A stretch of DNA of 64,000 nucleotides from Parcubacteria group bacterium M6-OD1-1 (GCA_003056085.1 LSNK01000002.1:42485-106484), one strand, 5' to 3'. Positions 20,336 through 30,498 are shown, counted from the stretch's first letter. Made by a program: numbers and translations. The notes: generated by a model not told the origin, from the sequence alone.

Positions 20336-20908
20336 ATGTTAAATTACAACGAACTAAAACCGGGCATATTTATAACCTTCAAAGACAATCCTTATGAAAT
20401 TTTAGAATATGATTTTTTAAGAATGCAGCAGAGAAAACCGGTTGCTCAAGTAAAAATGCGAAACTTGATTACAAAAAATACTCAAGCACACACTTTTCAC
20501 CAAGGAGACAAAATAGAAGAAGCTGATATTTCTCATGAAAATATTAAATTCTTATACTCCAATAAAGATGAGTTTTGGTTTTGCAAGGAAAATGACCCCA
20601 AAGAAAGATTTAATTTTACAAAAGACCAATTGGGACAAAAAACTAATTTTTTAAAAGAAAATACACTCGTTGATGCCTTAATTTTCAACGATAAAATTAT
20701 TGACATAAAACTCCCTATAAAAATAGACCTTAAAATAGTTGAAGCACCTCCGGGAATTCGCGGAGATACAGCTCAAGGCGGAACAAAACAAGCCACGCTT
20801 GAAACAGGGGCCTCGGTTAATGTGCCATTATTTATAAACCAAGATGACATAGTAAGAGTCAACACAGAAACCGGACAATACATGGAAAGAGTCCAAAAAT
20901 CAAAATAA
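20336..20908 (+). CDS. efp: Translation elongation factor P
   Basis: PPGIRGDTAQGGTKQATLETGA.V.VPLFI motif; tip loop reads RMQQRKP. Confidence 0.96.
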   Translation: MLNYNELKPGIFITFKDNPYEILEYDFLRMQQRKPVAQVKMRNLITKNTQAHTFHQGDKIEEADISHENIKFLYSNKDEFWFCKENDPKERFNFTKDQLGQKTNFLKENTLVDALIFNDKIIDIKLPIKIDLKIVEAPPGIRGDTAQGGTKQATLETGASVNVPLFINQDDIVRVNTETGQYMERVQKSK

Positions 20909-20979
20909 AAAATATCAACTACACACCATTTTATATTAAGAAATGATAATTGATATCAAAAATATTCAAATTTTTCAGG

Positions 20980-21013
20980 AAACAAAAAATCGCCTTTAGG
21001 CGATTTTTTGTTT
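20980..21013. terminator. Bidirectional intrinsic terminator
   Basis: AAACAAAAAATCGCCT-TT-AGGCGATTTTTTGTTT. Confidence 0.8.
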
Positions 21014-21019
21014 TAAACT

Positions 21020-21193
21020 TTACCTTCCTTCTTCCTCCTCTACGTCCACCTCATCAAAAGCTCCCCAATGTTCACCGTCAATACAATTACACTCTTCTAA
21101 AGTATGTCCCTCCAAAGAACATCCTTCTGTTTGGCAGACCCCCGGAGTATCTGAAACTCCTTTGCATCCGCCTGTACAAATATAATGCGGCAT
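21020..21193 (-). CDS. 57-aa Cys/His-rich putative metal-binding protein
   Basis: Manual translation MPHYICTGGCKGVSDTPGVCQTEGCSLEGHTLEECNCIDGEHWGAFDEVDVEEEEGR; ends at the terminator. Confidence 0.75.
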   Translation of the reverse strand: MPHYICTGGCKGVSDTPGVCQTEGCSLEGHTLEECNCIDGEHWGAFDEVDVEEEEGR

Positions 21194-21233
21194 ATTTTTA
21201 AAAATTAATTATTATTAATTTTATACTAATAAA

Positions 21234-21824
21234 TTAATTTAATTTTTTATATGTCATCTTTTTCAAATCTTTCCACCAATCTGTAAATTCAGTATCTTTC
21301 ATTATTTTTATAATTTTTTTTGCAGATTCCGTCTCAAGCGCCTTCTCTACATTATTTATCCAATCCTGAGACGATTTATAACCCATGTCTAAATACTCTT
21401 TTGCTTGAAACGCCACTTCAAGCCAATCAGCATCTTTTGCCACGACTCCCTCCTTGGTATTTCTATTTTCATATTCCAAAAAATATTCTGTCCATTTTTT
21501 CTCTATTTCTTCTCCTAACCCTTGAATTTGTTCTGAAAATGCGGTTTTTTCACCTTCTTTTTGCGAAAAATAACGAGCAGACACCTTATGCTGGTCTCCC
21601 ACTCTCGCTTCTCCATTATCATGAATTATCATCATAGATGCAACTTTTTCAGGGTTTGCATCTCCTTCCATAACCGCCAAGATGTACCCTATTTGCGCGG
21701 CTCGCAAAGAATGCTCTGCAACAGTATCAGGATTTTTCACTCCGGCGAGTAAAAACCCTGTATGCCTTTGACGCTTAAGCTGACTTAATTCAAATATAAA
21801 ATTAACTATTTTTTTTGTATTCAT
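21234..21824 (-). CDS. HD-domain hydrolase (HD_3)
   Basis: DTVAEHS, IIHDNGEARVGD and KDAD.LE motifs. Confidence 0.88.
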   Translation of the reverse strand: MNTKKIVNFIFELSQLKRQRHTGFLLAGVKNPDTVAEHSLRAAQIGYILAVMEGDANPEKVASMMIIHDNGEARVGDQHKVSARYFSQKEGEKTAFSEQIQGLGEEIEKKWTEYFLEYENRNTKEGVVAKDADWLEVAFQAKEYLDMGYKSSQDWINNVEKALETESAKKIIKIMKDTEFTDWWKDLKKMTYKKLN

Positions 21825-21840
21825 ATTTTATATGATAAAT

Positions 21841-23577
21841 TTAAAACTTAACAGTTTGCCCCGGTTTTAAAACCCCTGATTTTTTATCTTCCTCCTTTTT
21901 ATCACTTATTTTCTTTCCTGAAAAAGTTCTGGCACCCATCTTAAAAGCTTCTGCAAGAGATACTTCTTTGTCACCCGTACTTATAACTTTAAGATCCCCT
22001 TTTTGTATTTTATGAGCGGGCGCTGTTGCTTCTGAAGCCTCTTTTTTTATTTCTTTAGCCTCTTCTTCTTTCATATCTTCTGTTTTTTTATTTTCTGAAA
22101 TATCAGTTTGAGGTTTATTTTCCTTTTGAATTTTAGGTTTTTTAGCTTCTTCTTTTGCTTGTTCTTTTTGAACCTCAGCATAACAATCTTTGCAAAAAAC
22201 ATCTCTTTTTGGGTCCGGCTCAAAAGGCACTTGCGTTATCTTCTTGCACCTTGAACATGTAGCATCATAAAGTTTAACATTTGGTTTTTCTTCCGCCCCT
22301 ACCGGACTGCTCCATTCTGATATCTCTTTTTCCACATCTTCCCTTTTTGTGCTGTATTTTTTTCTTGATAACTCTATTATCTCTTTGGCGAAACTTTCTT
22401 CGTTTGGAATTGCCGGAGGCAAGGTGTCCGCAGAAAACGCGCTTGAAGAAACGCCGTCTATCATCAGTTTTAAATAGATTTTATAATTTGGCAAGTTTAC
22501 AAGGCTCTGCAGGTCAACCTGCGGAGCAAATTCTTTTTCAAAAAATTCAGCATCCTCAGCTCCGATTCTAAATAAAACCAAAGTCCCGACATTCCCCATA
22601 ATAGCCTCTTTAACTCCTGTATCGCCCAACTGATCCAAATACTGATGTGTTAATATTAAATTCAAACGATATTTTCTTGCCTCAGACAAAATATCAGCAA
22701 AAGATTCCGTTGAAAAGTTTTGAAACTCGTCTATGTACACAAAAAAGTCTTCTCTTTCTTCTTCGTTTGCTATATCAACTCTGGACATAGCGGCAAGTTG
22801 AATTTTGGTAATTATCATAGCACCTAAAAGCTTTGCCGTATCTTCTCCTATTCTTCCTTTTGAAAGATTTACTATAAGGATTTTCTTTTTGTCCATTATT
22901 TCTCTTATATTTATAGACGATTTTTTTTGTCCTACAATATTTCTTATCAAAGGATTAGTCAAAAACTGCCCGACTTTATTTTGTATTGGAGCTACCGCCT
23001 CAACTTCAAATTTTTGAGAATACTTTGAATACTCATCCAACCAAAAAGCCTTTATAACCGGGTCTGTCACCTTATCTATAACACTTTTTCTGTACTCTTT
23101 GTCAGAAAACATTCTCATAATACCCAAAAGAGTGCTGTCCGGGTCTTCAAGCAATGCCAAAATAGTATTTCTTAAAACATATTCAAGTCTTGGACCCCAA
23201 GAGTCCGCCCAAAGCTTCTTAAAAATTCCTATAAGACCGGATGCCACAAGGTGCCGTTCACTCATACCGACGCTTTCTGCGATATTAAATGCCATCGGAT
23301 TATCAATGTCAGCGGGGTTAAAATACACGATATCATTTTTTCTGTGCTCCGGAACATAATCCAAAATAGACTCAGCAAATTCACCATGAGGATCTATAAC
23401 AGCAACTCCATGTCCTGCTCTTATGTCTGCCACCATCATATTTTTCAGCAAAGTTGATTTACCTGCTCCGGTTTTCCCAATCGTATACATATGACGCCTT
23501 CGGTCATCTGTTTTGATGCCAAAAACTTGTTCTTTGTTTCTGAAATTTGTTTTTGCAAATGGTACTACGTCTTCCAT
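21841..23577 (-). CDS. VirD4/TraG/HerA-like ATPase with CxxC-x17-CxxC domain
   Basis: RRHMYTIGKTGAGKS, IDPHG, YIDEFQNF...EARKY; CSRC...CKDC. Confidence 0.88.
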   Translation of the reverse strand: MEDVVPFAKTNFRNKEQVFGIKTDDRRRHMYTIGKTGAGKSTLLKNMMVADIRAGHGVAVIDPHGEFAESILDYVPEHRKNDIVYFNPADIDNPMAFNIAESVGMSERHLVASGLIGIFKKLWADSWGPRLEYVLRNTILALLEDPDSTLLGIMRMFSDKEYRKSVIDKVTDPVIKAFWLDEYSKYSQKFEVEAVAPIQNKVGQFLTNPLIRNIVGQKKSSINIREIMDKKKILIVNLSKGRIGEDTAKLLGAMIITKIQLAAMSRVDIANEEEREDFFVYIDEFQNFSTESFADILSEARKYRLNLILTHQYLDQLGDTGVKEAIMGNVGTLVLFRIGAEDAEFFEKEFAPQVDLQSLVNLPNYKIYLKLMIDGVSSSAFSADTLPPAIPNEESFAKEIIELSRKKYSTKREDVEKEISEWSSPVGAEEKPNVKLYDATCSRCKKITQVPFEPDPKRDVFCKDCYAEVQKEQAKEEAKKPKIQKENKPQTDISENKKTEDMKEEEAKEIKKEASEATAPAHKIQKGDLKVISTGDKEVSLAEAFKMGARTFSGKKISDKKEEDKKSGVLKPGQTVKF

Positions 23578-23613
23578 AAATTTAACTTATTATTTTAAAT
23601 TACAAACACCACC

Positions 23614-24867
23614 TTAAACAATCGGCAAATCTGAAGGCGGTTGTACTTTTTTAGTTTGAATTTTTGGTAAAGAAGGAGCCTCAACTATAACAGAAGGAAT
23701 GTGATAAACCGTTGCCAATTCTTCAACATTTAAAATTATACCTTTACTGGAAAATAATTTTCTTCTCGCATTCCTATAAAGTTTTCTTTTTCTTAAATAA
23801 TTTCTGGTTTTAGCGAAAAAATAATCAACATTTGGAGACACTTTAAAACTTGGCATAAAACCATTTAAATTAGCTGAAGAAAATTGATTAAATGTCCCTA
23901 AAATTGCCGGAATATTTGCTCTTGAAAACACGCCTCTCCTTCCAATATACAATATTCTTATATTTGTATGAAACCCATGCTTGGAAATACTCTCTTCTAA
24001 TATTTTTACAAGCTCTATTTCACCAGGAGAAAGTTTTTTATCTTTTTCTTGACCTTCTTCCTGCTTTTTTTTGTCCTCCGGGACTCTGCCAAAAAGATAC
24101 CAAACCATATCATAAAAAAACATAAATACCTCTTCAACTACATTGTCGGCGGGCTTTTTTTTATTTTTCCCTAAAATCCTATCTATAAGATCTCTGCCTT
24201 TTTTCTGCCACGCATCTCCAGCCGGCCTTACCATATAATGAACCCATATCTGCTCTCCTTCACCTATTTGAGCCAAAGCCTCCATCAAAGAAGACATTGG
24301 GTCTATAAATTGAGCCTTCGCCTCAATACTCAATTGAATATCTTCTTTAAAATTTTTGTATGTTTTTATGGGGTATGCATCTTCTTTTGTAAAAACAAGT
24401 TCCGTCCCCCACATATCATAATCCTCATTTGGGATATCCGCCGGTAAGTTAAATGTATAATCATCCACCTCTACAAAATTAGCGTCCGAATAATAAGCCA
24501 AAAATTGAGATGTTATTAAACTTTTAAATTGACTTGGAGTTCTTATAAAAAGATGGATGCTGCCATTTATGCTTGCAACTTCAAAAGAAATTTCCGGCTG
24601 ATGCTTGCCATGGATATATTTTTCTATTATAGTCGATCTTGACCTTATAGAATAAATACCCGTGAAAATATGCTCCATAACCTTCGGTGTTTTTTCCACA
24701 ACCTGAGGAATTTTTATCTCAAGAACCAACCACTTGAGGTTAAGACTATACTTTAATCTAACATAATCCATCCATAAGTTTTTCCACACCAAAAAAAGAA
24801 GGATAGGCAGCACCACCCATCCCCAACTAAACAAAAGATCAATAAAATCTGAGAAACCTACTTCCAT
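23614..24867 (-). CDS. Membrane-anchored hypothetical protein, probable partner of the adjacent ATPase
   Basis: N-terminal TM; LEIKIP, YPIKTY and LNVEELAT.YH.P motifs, which I recall from CPR ATPase-associated domains. Confidence 0.7.
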   Translation of the reverse strand: MEVGFSDFIDLLFSWGWVVLPILLFLVWKNLWMDYVRLKYSLNLKWLVLEIKIPQVVEKTPKVMEHIFTGIYSIRSRSTIIEKYIHGKHQPEISFEVASINGSIHLFIRTPSQFKSLITSQFLAYYSDANFVEVDDYTFNLPADIPNEDYDMWGTELVFTKEDAYPIKTYKNFKEDIQLSIEAKAQFIDPMSSLMEALAQIGEGEQIWVHYMVRPAGDAWQKKGRDLIDRILGKNKKKPADNVVEEVFMFFYDMVWYLFGRVPEDKKKQEEGQEKDKKLSPGEIELVKILEESISKHGFHTNIRILYIGRRGVFSRANIPAILGTFNQFSSANLNGFMPSFKVSPNVDYFFAKTRNYLRKRKLYRNARRKLFSSKGIILNVEELATVYHIPSVIVEAPSLPKIQTKKVQPPSDLPIV

Positions 24868-24936
24868 AAGTTATTAGAACCCTTTTAGACAATATTTTTC
24901 TTGCGATAGGAAGAGCTACATCACACAGCGGGTTTA

Positions 24937-25995
24937 CTATGCTTTATAAATATATCTTCCATCTTCTATTTTCTCAAAAATATCATTATTTTGCAAGTTT
25001 AACATCACCGTATTTTCTTTTACATCTCTTTCTTTTAAAACGGCGTTTAATATCTCTTGCTTTTTCATAGGTTTTTTGCTGTCTTTTAAAACTCTTTTTA
25101 AAACATCCGAGACAGTTCCTGACTTGTATCCCCACTCCGACAAAGCATATGTACCCCTGCCAACTAAGATAAATTTTTTGTCTTTTATAAGTTCATTATG
25201 CACTGTTTGAGGATGCGCCTTTTTCTTATCATTAAATTTTTCATTTATCTTATCAACCACAAATCTGAAATGCATCGGTTTTTTGTGTTTTTTCAACACC
25301 AAATAAGCCTTATCACGAACCCCCTTGGTTGATATTTCAGACCAATGCTTAATACCGTAGTCCTCATAAACATTTGAAGAAATGTTTTTTGACATAACAA
25401 GATATGACTCTAAAGTTTTTTGAGTAGCTCCGTCAGAAACAATTTGAGAAAGCCAATCCAATAGTTCTTTTTTTGTTATAGTATTTTTATGAGCTTCAAT
25501 CTTTTTTATTAAAGACTCTAAAGATTTCTTTGTTATCTGAACTACTGATTTTTTTGTTGACCAAACACCATGAAAATCAGGATTCTCCGGAGTTTTTATA
25601 AATTTATTTCCAATATTCAATAGAAAATACATCAAAGCCTCAGCGTCCTTTTTCGCCGCTTTTTTTGAAAAAAACATATCAAGATCAGAATTTAAAAAAT
25701 GATGCTCAACCCTCAAGCCTCCGTGTTCTTCTATATGACTTACCAAGGCGTCAAAAAAAGAATCTAAATTTTTTATTTCTTTAGATTTTAAAAACGCTGC
25801 TTTGGCATCGTTTTCTATTTGCCTAACTCTTTCTCTTGTAATATTGTAACCGCGTCCTATTTCCTCAAGAGTTTTTCTTTTTCCATCGGAAAGACCGAAT
25901 CTTTTTGTTAAAATATCCCTTTGTTTTTTAGATAAAGATAATAAAATATTTTCTGTTATTTTTTTGACATCAATTTTTCCTGTTTTGTTGCTCAT
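24937..25995 (-). CDS. Sigma70 region-4 HTH plus tandem HARE-type wHTH protein
   Basis: RFGL...TLEEIG...ITRERVRQIE; TVHNELIKD..F.LVGRGTYAL. Confidence 0.8.
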   Translation of the reverse strand: MSNKTGKIDVKKITENILLSLSKKQRDILTKRFGLSDGKRKTLEEIGRGYNITRERVRQIENDAKAAFLKSKEIKNLDSFFDALVSHIEEHGGLRVEHHFLNSDLDMFFSKKAAKKDAEALMYFLLNIGNKFIKTPENPDFHGVWSTKKSVVQITKKSLESLIKKIEAHKNTITKKELLDWLSQIVSDGATQKTLESYLVMSKNISSNVYEDYGIKHWSEISTKGVRDKAYLVLKKHKKPMHFRFVVDKINEKFNDKKKAHPQTVHNELIKDKKFILVGRGTYALSEWGYKSGTVSDVLKRVLKDSKKPMKKQEILNAVLKERDVKENTVMLNLQNNDIFEKIEDGRYIYKA

Positions 25996-26097
25996 ACTTT
26001 TGTCTCTTTTTATTTTTATAAATAAGGTAGCTTTTACTTTAGCACAAAGACTAATATTAGTCAAGAGAAATTATGAAGTTAAGCTAAATCTCAAAAC

Positions 26098-27012
26098 TTA
26101 GTTATCTTTTTTTAATTTTTTTTCCATAGTAACCAAAAGATTGCTTCCTATAAAGATAGACGAGTACGTTCCTGCTGTTACGCCTATAGCAAGCGCCAAA
26201 GCAAAATATTTAATAGATTCTCCTCCAAACATAAAAATAGCAACCAGCACTAAAATAACCGTCAAAGATGTATTTAAAGACCTGACAAAAGTCTGATTTA
26301 TAGAAATATTCACAGTATCCTCAAAGTCTTTTCCAATATGCCTCATTAAATTTTCTCTTACTCTGTCAAATACTACAATGGTATCATTAACAGAATAACC
26401 CAAAACAGTCAAAATAGCCGCTATAAAGGCGCTTGATATTTCAATATCATAAAAATTCCCTAAAAAAGCAAAAACTCCGACAGGAATAATAACATCATGA
26501 AACAAAGCAACTAAAGTGGCAAAGCCGTATCTCCAAGAAGCTAAAGGATACGAAACTCTTCTAAAAGCAAACGCCACAAACAACACAACCGCAACTAAAA
26601 CAAATATTATTGCGTTAACGGCCTTCTTTGAAAGCTCTGCACTTACAGACGGACCTACAGATTCATAGCTTTTTTGTAAAAATCCATTTCCTTCACTCTT
26701 TTTTTGCGCCGCCTCGTTTAAAGTTACTAAAATCTCCTGGTGAACTTTCTCGCTAATCTCCTTTGTTCTTATAAAGACACCTTTGTCTCCTGAAGACTGT
26801 ATTGTAATATCACCAAGTTTATATTTTGCTAAAGCATTGGAAATGTCTTCTTTTGAAAGTTGTTCCGTTTTAAATTCACCCAAAAGTAAAGACCCGCCTT
26901 TAAAATCCACTCCAAGATTCAATCCCCAAAGAAGTAAAGACAAAATAGAAAGAGCAACTAAAACTCCTGAGATAGAATAATATATTTTTCTGTATTTTGT
27001 TATTTGTACCAT
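26098..27012 (-). CDS. secF: Protein translocase subunit SecF
   Basis: LGVDFKGG, VGPSV and GYSVNDTIVVFDRVRE motifs. Confidence 0.97.
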   Translation of the reverse strand: MVQITKYRKIYYSISGVLVALSILSLLLWGLNLGVDFKGGSLLLGEFKTEQLSKEDISNALAKYKLGDITIQSSGDKGVFIRTKEISEKVHQEILVTLNEAAQKKSEGNGFLQKSYESVGPSVSAELSKKAVNAIIFVLVAVVLFVAFAFRRVSYPLASWRYGFATLVALFHDVIIPVGVFAFLGNFYDIEISSAFIAAILTVLGYSVNDTIVVFDRVRENLMRHIGKDFEDTVNISINQTFVRSLNTSLTVILVLVAIFMFGGESIKYFALALAIGVTAGTYSSIFIGSNLLVTMEKKLKKDN

Positions 27013-28445
27013 AAAAATTTTCCTCTTTCTAATTTTAATCCTGAAAATATCTTAAGCATCATTCTTGTAATAAAGACAGCTGAAAACATTGAAACTACAA
27101 CTCCTAAAAACAAAGTCAAAGCAAAACCTTTTATTACACTTGTTGTGAAAAGATACAAAATAACGCAGGTGATTAAGGTTGAAGTATTTGAGTCGCGTAT
27201 AGAAGGCCATGCTCTCTTAAAACTATCATCTATAACAAGACTGAACGACTTCCCTGTCTTAAATTCTTCTTTCATTCTGGCAAAAATCAAAATATTGGCA
27301 TCAATAGCCATCCCCATGGACAAAATAAACCCTGCGATACCGGCAAGCGTCAGAGTAACCGGCAGAAGTTTAAAAATCGCCAAAAGTAGAACAGCATACA
27401 TCAAAAGTGAGAAAACAGCTATAATTCCGGGAATTCTATACCACAAAATCATAAATATACCTATGAGTAAAAACGCCCAAATACCAGCTGTTAAACTTTT
27501 ACTTAGGTCTTCTTTACCTAAAGAAGCCTCCACTGTCTGCTGAGAAACAAGCTTCATAGGAACGGGCAAAGCTCCGGATTTCAACCTTCCAACAAGCTGT
27601 TTTGCCTCCTCTACTGAAAAATCTCCGGTAATAACGGCCCTTCCTCCGGAAATAGCCTCATTAACAACAGGATTGGAAATAGGAACTCCGTCAAGATAAA
27701 TAGCCACAGTTTTACCGACATTTTCCGATGTAAGCGACTCAAAAAGACCAGCTCCCTCTTCGTTAAAATATAAATTTACAACTGGAACATAGGTGTTTTG
27801 ATCAAAAGTCAACTCTGAATTTTCTAAAAATTTACCATTTAGAGGCGTGGAAACATAATAAGGATCCTCAGTAAGCCTCTCTCCGGCTTCTTGCGCTTTT
27901 AATATCTTATCTTTTTCCTCTTTTGGTCTTTCCGTTTTAAATTCCAAATAAGGGGTATCCCCTATCATTTTTATTGCAGCAGATACATCTTTTATACCCG
28001 CAAGCTCAACTATAATTCTATATTCTCCCGCAACTTGAGATGTTTGAACCACAGGCTCTGCCACACCAAATAAATTTACTCTTCTCTCTATAACATCACG
28101 CATCCCGTTAAGAGCATCTTTCTGCTCTTCTTTCGGAACATTTGACATATCCGCAACATAAACAAGATGAGTTCCTCCCTGTAAGTCCAAACCAAGACTA
28201 AAAGGAATATTTTTAAAATTTGGTATGCTTACCTCATATTTTTGATTTAAATAAGACGCCGACTTATTCCAATACGAAGGAAAATCCAAAGCGAAAGCAA
28301 AAAACGAAGCGATAATAACAACGAGTAATATATATCCTGCTTTCTGTCTTTCTCCTTTTGGCATAAATAAAAAACCGAAGATCAATCCAAGGCCTTTCCA
28401 AAAATATTCAAATGGTTTTAATAATAATTTATACAATTTATTCAT
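27000..28445 (-). CDS. secD: Protein translocase subunit SecD
   Basis: LGLDLQGG, SGALP and GMAIDANILIF motifs. Confidence 0.97.
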   Translation of the reverse strand: MNKLYKLLLKPFEYFWKGLGLIFGFLFMPKGERQKAGYILLVVIIASFFAFALDFPSYWNKSASYLNQKYEVSIPNFKNIPFSLGLDLQGGTHLVYVADMSNVPKEEQKDALNGMRDVIERRVNLFGVAEPVVQTSQVAGEYRIIVELAGIKDVSAAIKMIGDTPYLEFKTERPKEEKDKILKAQEAGERLTEDPYYVSTPLNGKFLENSELTFDQNTYVPVVNLYFNEEGAGLFESLTSENVGKTVAIYLDGVPISNPVVNEAISGGRAVITGDFSVEEAKQLVGRLKSGALPVPMKLVSQQTVEASLGKEDLSKSLTAGIWAFLLIGIFMILWYRIPGIIAVFSLLMYAVLLLAIFKLLPVTLTLAGIAGFILSMGMAIDANILIFARMKEEFKTGKSFSLVIDDSFKRAWPSIRDSNTSTLITCVILYLFTTSVIKGFALTLFLGVVVSMFSAVFITRMMLKIFSGLKLERGKFLWYK

Positions 28446-28527
28446 AAAAACTGTTCTTTTTTCATTTAGAGCGATATACGATGGTTAATAGTCTACAACA
28501 AAACACCCAAATTAGTCAACTGCTCCG

Positions 28528-28556
28528 TAACGTTCGAGGTTGAACCTCGAACGTTA
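28528..28556. repeat. REP-like palindrome family A, copy 1
   Basis: TAAC-GTTCGAGGTT-G-AACCTCGAAC-GTTA. Confidence 0.93.
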
Positions 28557-28574
28557 ATCTCGAACATAAAAAAG

Positions 28575-28603
28575 AAAGGAGGTGATATATCATCACCTCC
28601 TTT
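28575..28603. terminator. Hairpin, probable terminator of the ParB-like gene
   Basis: AAAGGAGGTGAT-ATATC-ATCACCTCCTTT. Confidence 0.6.
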
Positions 28604-28610
28604 TTAAAAA

Positions 28611-29550
28611 TTACTCTTTTTTGCCGTGTAATTCAAAAATAACATCATTGAGCCTGCTAAGATTGTCCTGGCATTTTTCAATTCGTTTTTTGATTTCCAA
28701 AACATCTTCAGGATTTATTCTTGAAACAATATCTTTTAAAGAACTCTCCGGCATCATATTTACAGCATTTACTTCCTTATTTATTCTTTCAACAAAAGAA
28801 ACAAATTTCTGAATATTACTGCTTATCCTTTTTCTTCTTTTGATAACCATATGACTATCAGGAAGCCCTTCAACCACATTATTTACAAAACTCTGCCTTT
28901 CCTTCCCGCTTTTTAATGTCAGCATTTTTTCGTATATGCTTTTTTGATGTTCACAAGACACTTTTGCAAGAATTAAAGCCGTAGTAAATCTAAGCCTCTT
29001 GTCGTCCGAAACATTAGGATGCATTAGACTTTGGAGTTCCGGAGATAATCTTTGCAAAGAAAGATATTGAGAAACCCAAGAACCAGACTTGCCAAGACCT
29101 ATTGCAATTTCAGAAATAGACCTGTTGGCTACCACTTCTTTTTTTAAAGCATTTGATATCTCCATATTCGTATGGGGGTTTTTTGTGAAAATTCAAAATA
29201 AGAGAAGCTGAAAAAAGATCATCAACGCTCTTTATATCCATATCTATATAGATTTTGACACGCCTTACATCGGCATGCACACAACCTCTCCATCTGCTTT
29301 CACCATCAATTATGACATATTTTACGCCGGGAATACCGCAAACCTCCACAACAGAAACGGGGTCTTTCAATCCCTTGGTTATTATACTTTCTGAAAGTGA
29401 AATAATCTCCTCCTCACAAAACCAGTCTCTCGGCTGTCCTTTGTAAGGAGCTATTTCTTCAATATTTGCCATTGTAGGCAATATATGACAATCGGGATTT
29501 TGTATAACAATGTTTTCATCCTTCAAATCCACCGCTTCAGAAACATTCAT
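28611..29550 (-). pseudogene. ParB/Spo0J-like protein split by a +1 frameshift
   Basis: ORF 29110-29550 has QPR..F and IIDGESRWR (ParB-N); ORF 28611-29165 has the HTH IAIGLGKSGSWVSQYLSL; junction at a minus-strand A6C5 run (29174-29184). Confidence 0.8.
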
Positions 29551-29683
29551 AGATAGTTTCCTCCTTTATTGTTAAAGTTCTTTTTTTAAAAAAATCAATC
29601 CAAAAAATTTGACATTTTTTTATTCATATTACATACTCAATTTATTAGCACATTAAAAACCAAAAAACAAGGAGATTGCCGTT

Positions 29684-30409
29684 ATGAACCGCCTATCAGA
29701 TGAAGAAAAATTGGTTAAAAAACATAGATTATTGGTAAAAAATATAGCCTATAAAATATCATTAAAACTGCCAAAAAGCATTGCTCTTGATGATCTTATT
29801 CAAGATGGCATGATCGGACTTTTAGACGCTGCTAAAAAATATGACTCTTCTCTTGGGTCATCATTTGAAACTTACGCCAGCATACGCATTCGCGGAAACA
29901 TACTTGATGGATTGCGCAACAGCAATATTCTTCCAAGAGGAATCATTCATCTTTCTCAAAAAATAAAAAAAGCAGAAGAAAAAGTTCAAAACAAAAAACT
30001 AAGACCCATCACAAATAGTGAAGTAGCAAAAGAAATGGATATTCCAATAAAGGAATTTCATAAAATACTAAATGACATTCAACAAGGCAACATGATATCA
30101 ACTGAAAATTCACGATTTACCAATGACTCAAAAGGAAGATCAGTTCTTGACTGGTATGAAGACAACAACTTCAATCCGGAAGTAATTTTAGAAATAGAAG
30201 AATTCGTTGACTCATTAAGCGCATTCGTAAAGTCATTACCGGAAAGAAAACAGGCTATTTTCACATTGTCTGAAATAGAAGGTTTAAGCGAAAGAGAAAT
30301 AGGAGTACTGTTTGGTATATCAGAATCAAGAGTAAGTCAAATCTTAGCTAAAGTACGAAACGAATGGAAAGCGGAACAATTTGCAGCAAACTTAAAACTG
30401 ATTGTTTGA
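29684..30409 (+). CDS. FliA/WhiG-family (sigma-28-like) sigma factor
   Basis: DDLIQDGMIGLLDA..KYD...FETYASIRIRG.ILD.LR; EIG..FGISESRVSQI. Confidence 0.9.
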   Translation: MNRLSDEEKLVKKHRLLVKNIAYKISLKLPKSIALDDLIQDGMIGLLDAAKKYDSSLGSSFETYASIRIRGNILDGLRNSNILPRGIIHLSQKIKKAEEKVQNKKLRPITNSEVAKEMDIPIKEFHKILNDIQQGNMISTENSRFTNDSKGRSVLDWYEDNNFNPEVILEIEEFVDSLSAFVKSLPERKQAIFTLSEIEGLSEREIGVLFGISESRVSQILAKVRNEWKAEQFAANLKLIV

Positions 30410-30420
30410 TAAACAAATCC

Positions 30421-30456
30421 AAAGCCCCTCGTTGCCTTAAGGCAACGAGGGGCTTT
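30421..30456. terminator. Loopless 36-bp palindrome, probable terminator
   Basis: AAAGCCCCTCGTTGCCTT|AAGGCAACGAGGGGCTTT just after the sigma stop. Confidence 0.75.
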
Positions 30457-30475
30457 TTCATTCTCCCATAGATTC

Positions 30476-30498
30476 TCCCATAGGTGTCACCTATGGGA
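30476..30498. repeat. REP-like palindrome family B, copy 1
   Basis: TCCCATAGGTG-T-CACCTATGGGA. Confidence 0.93.
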
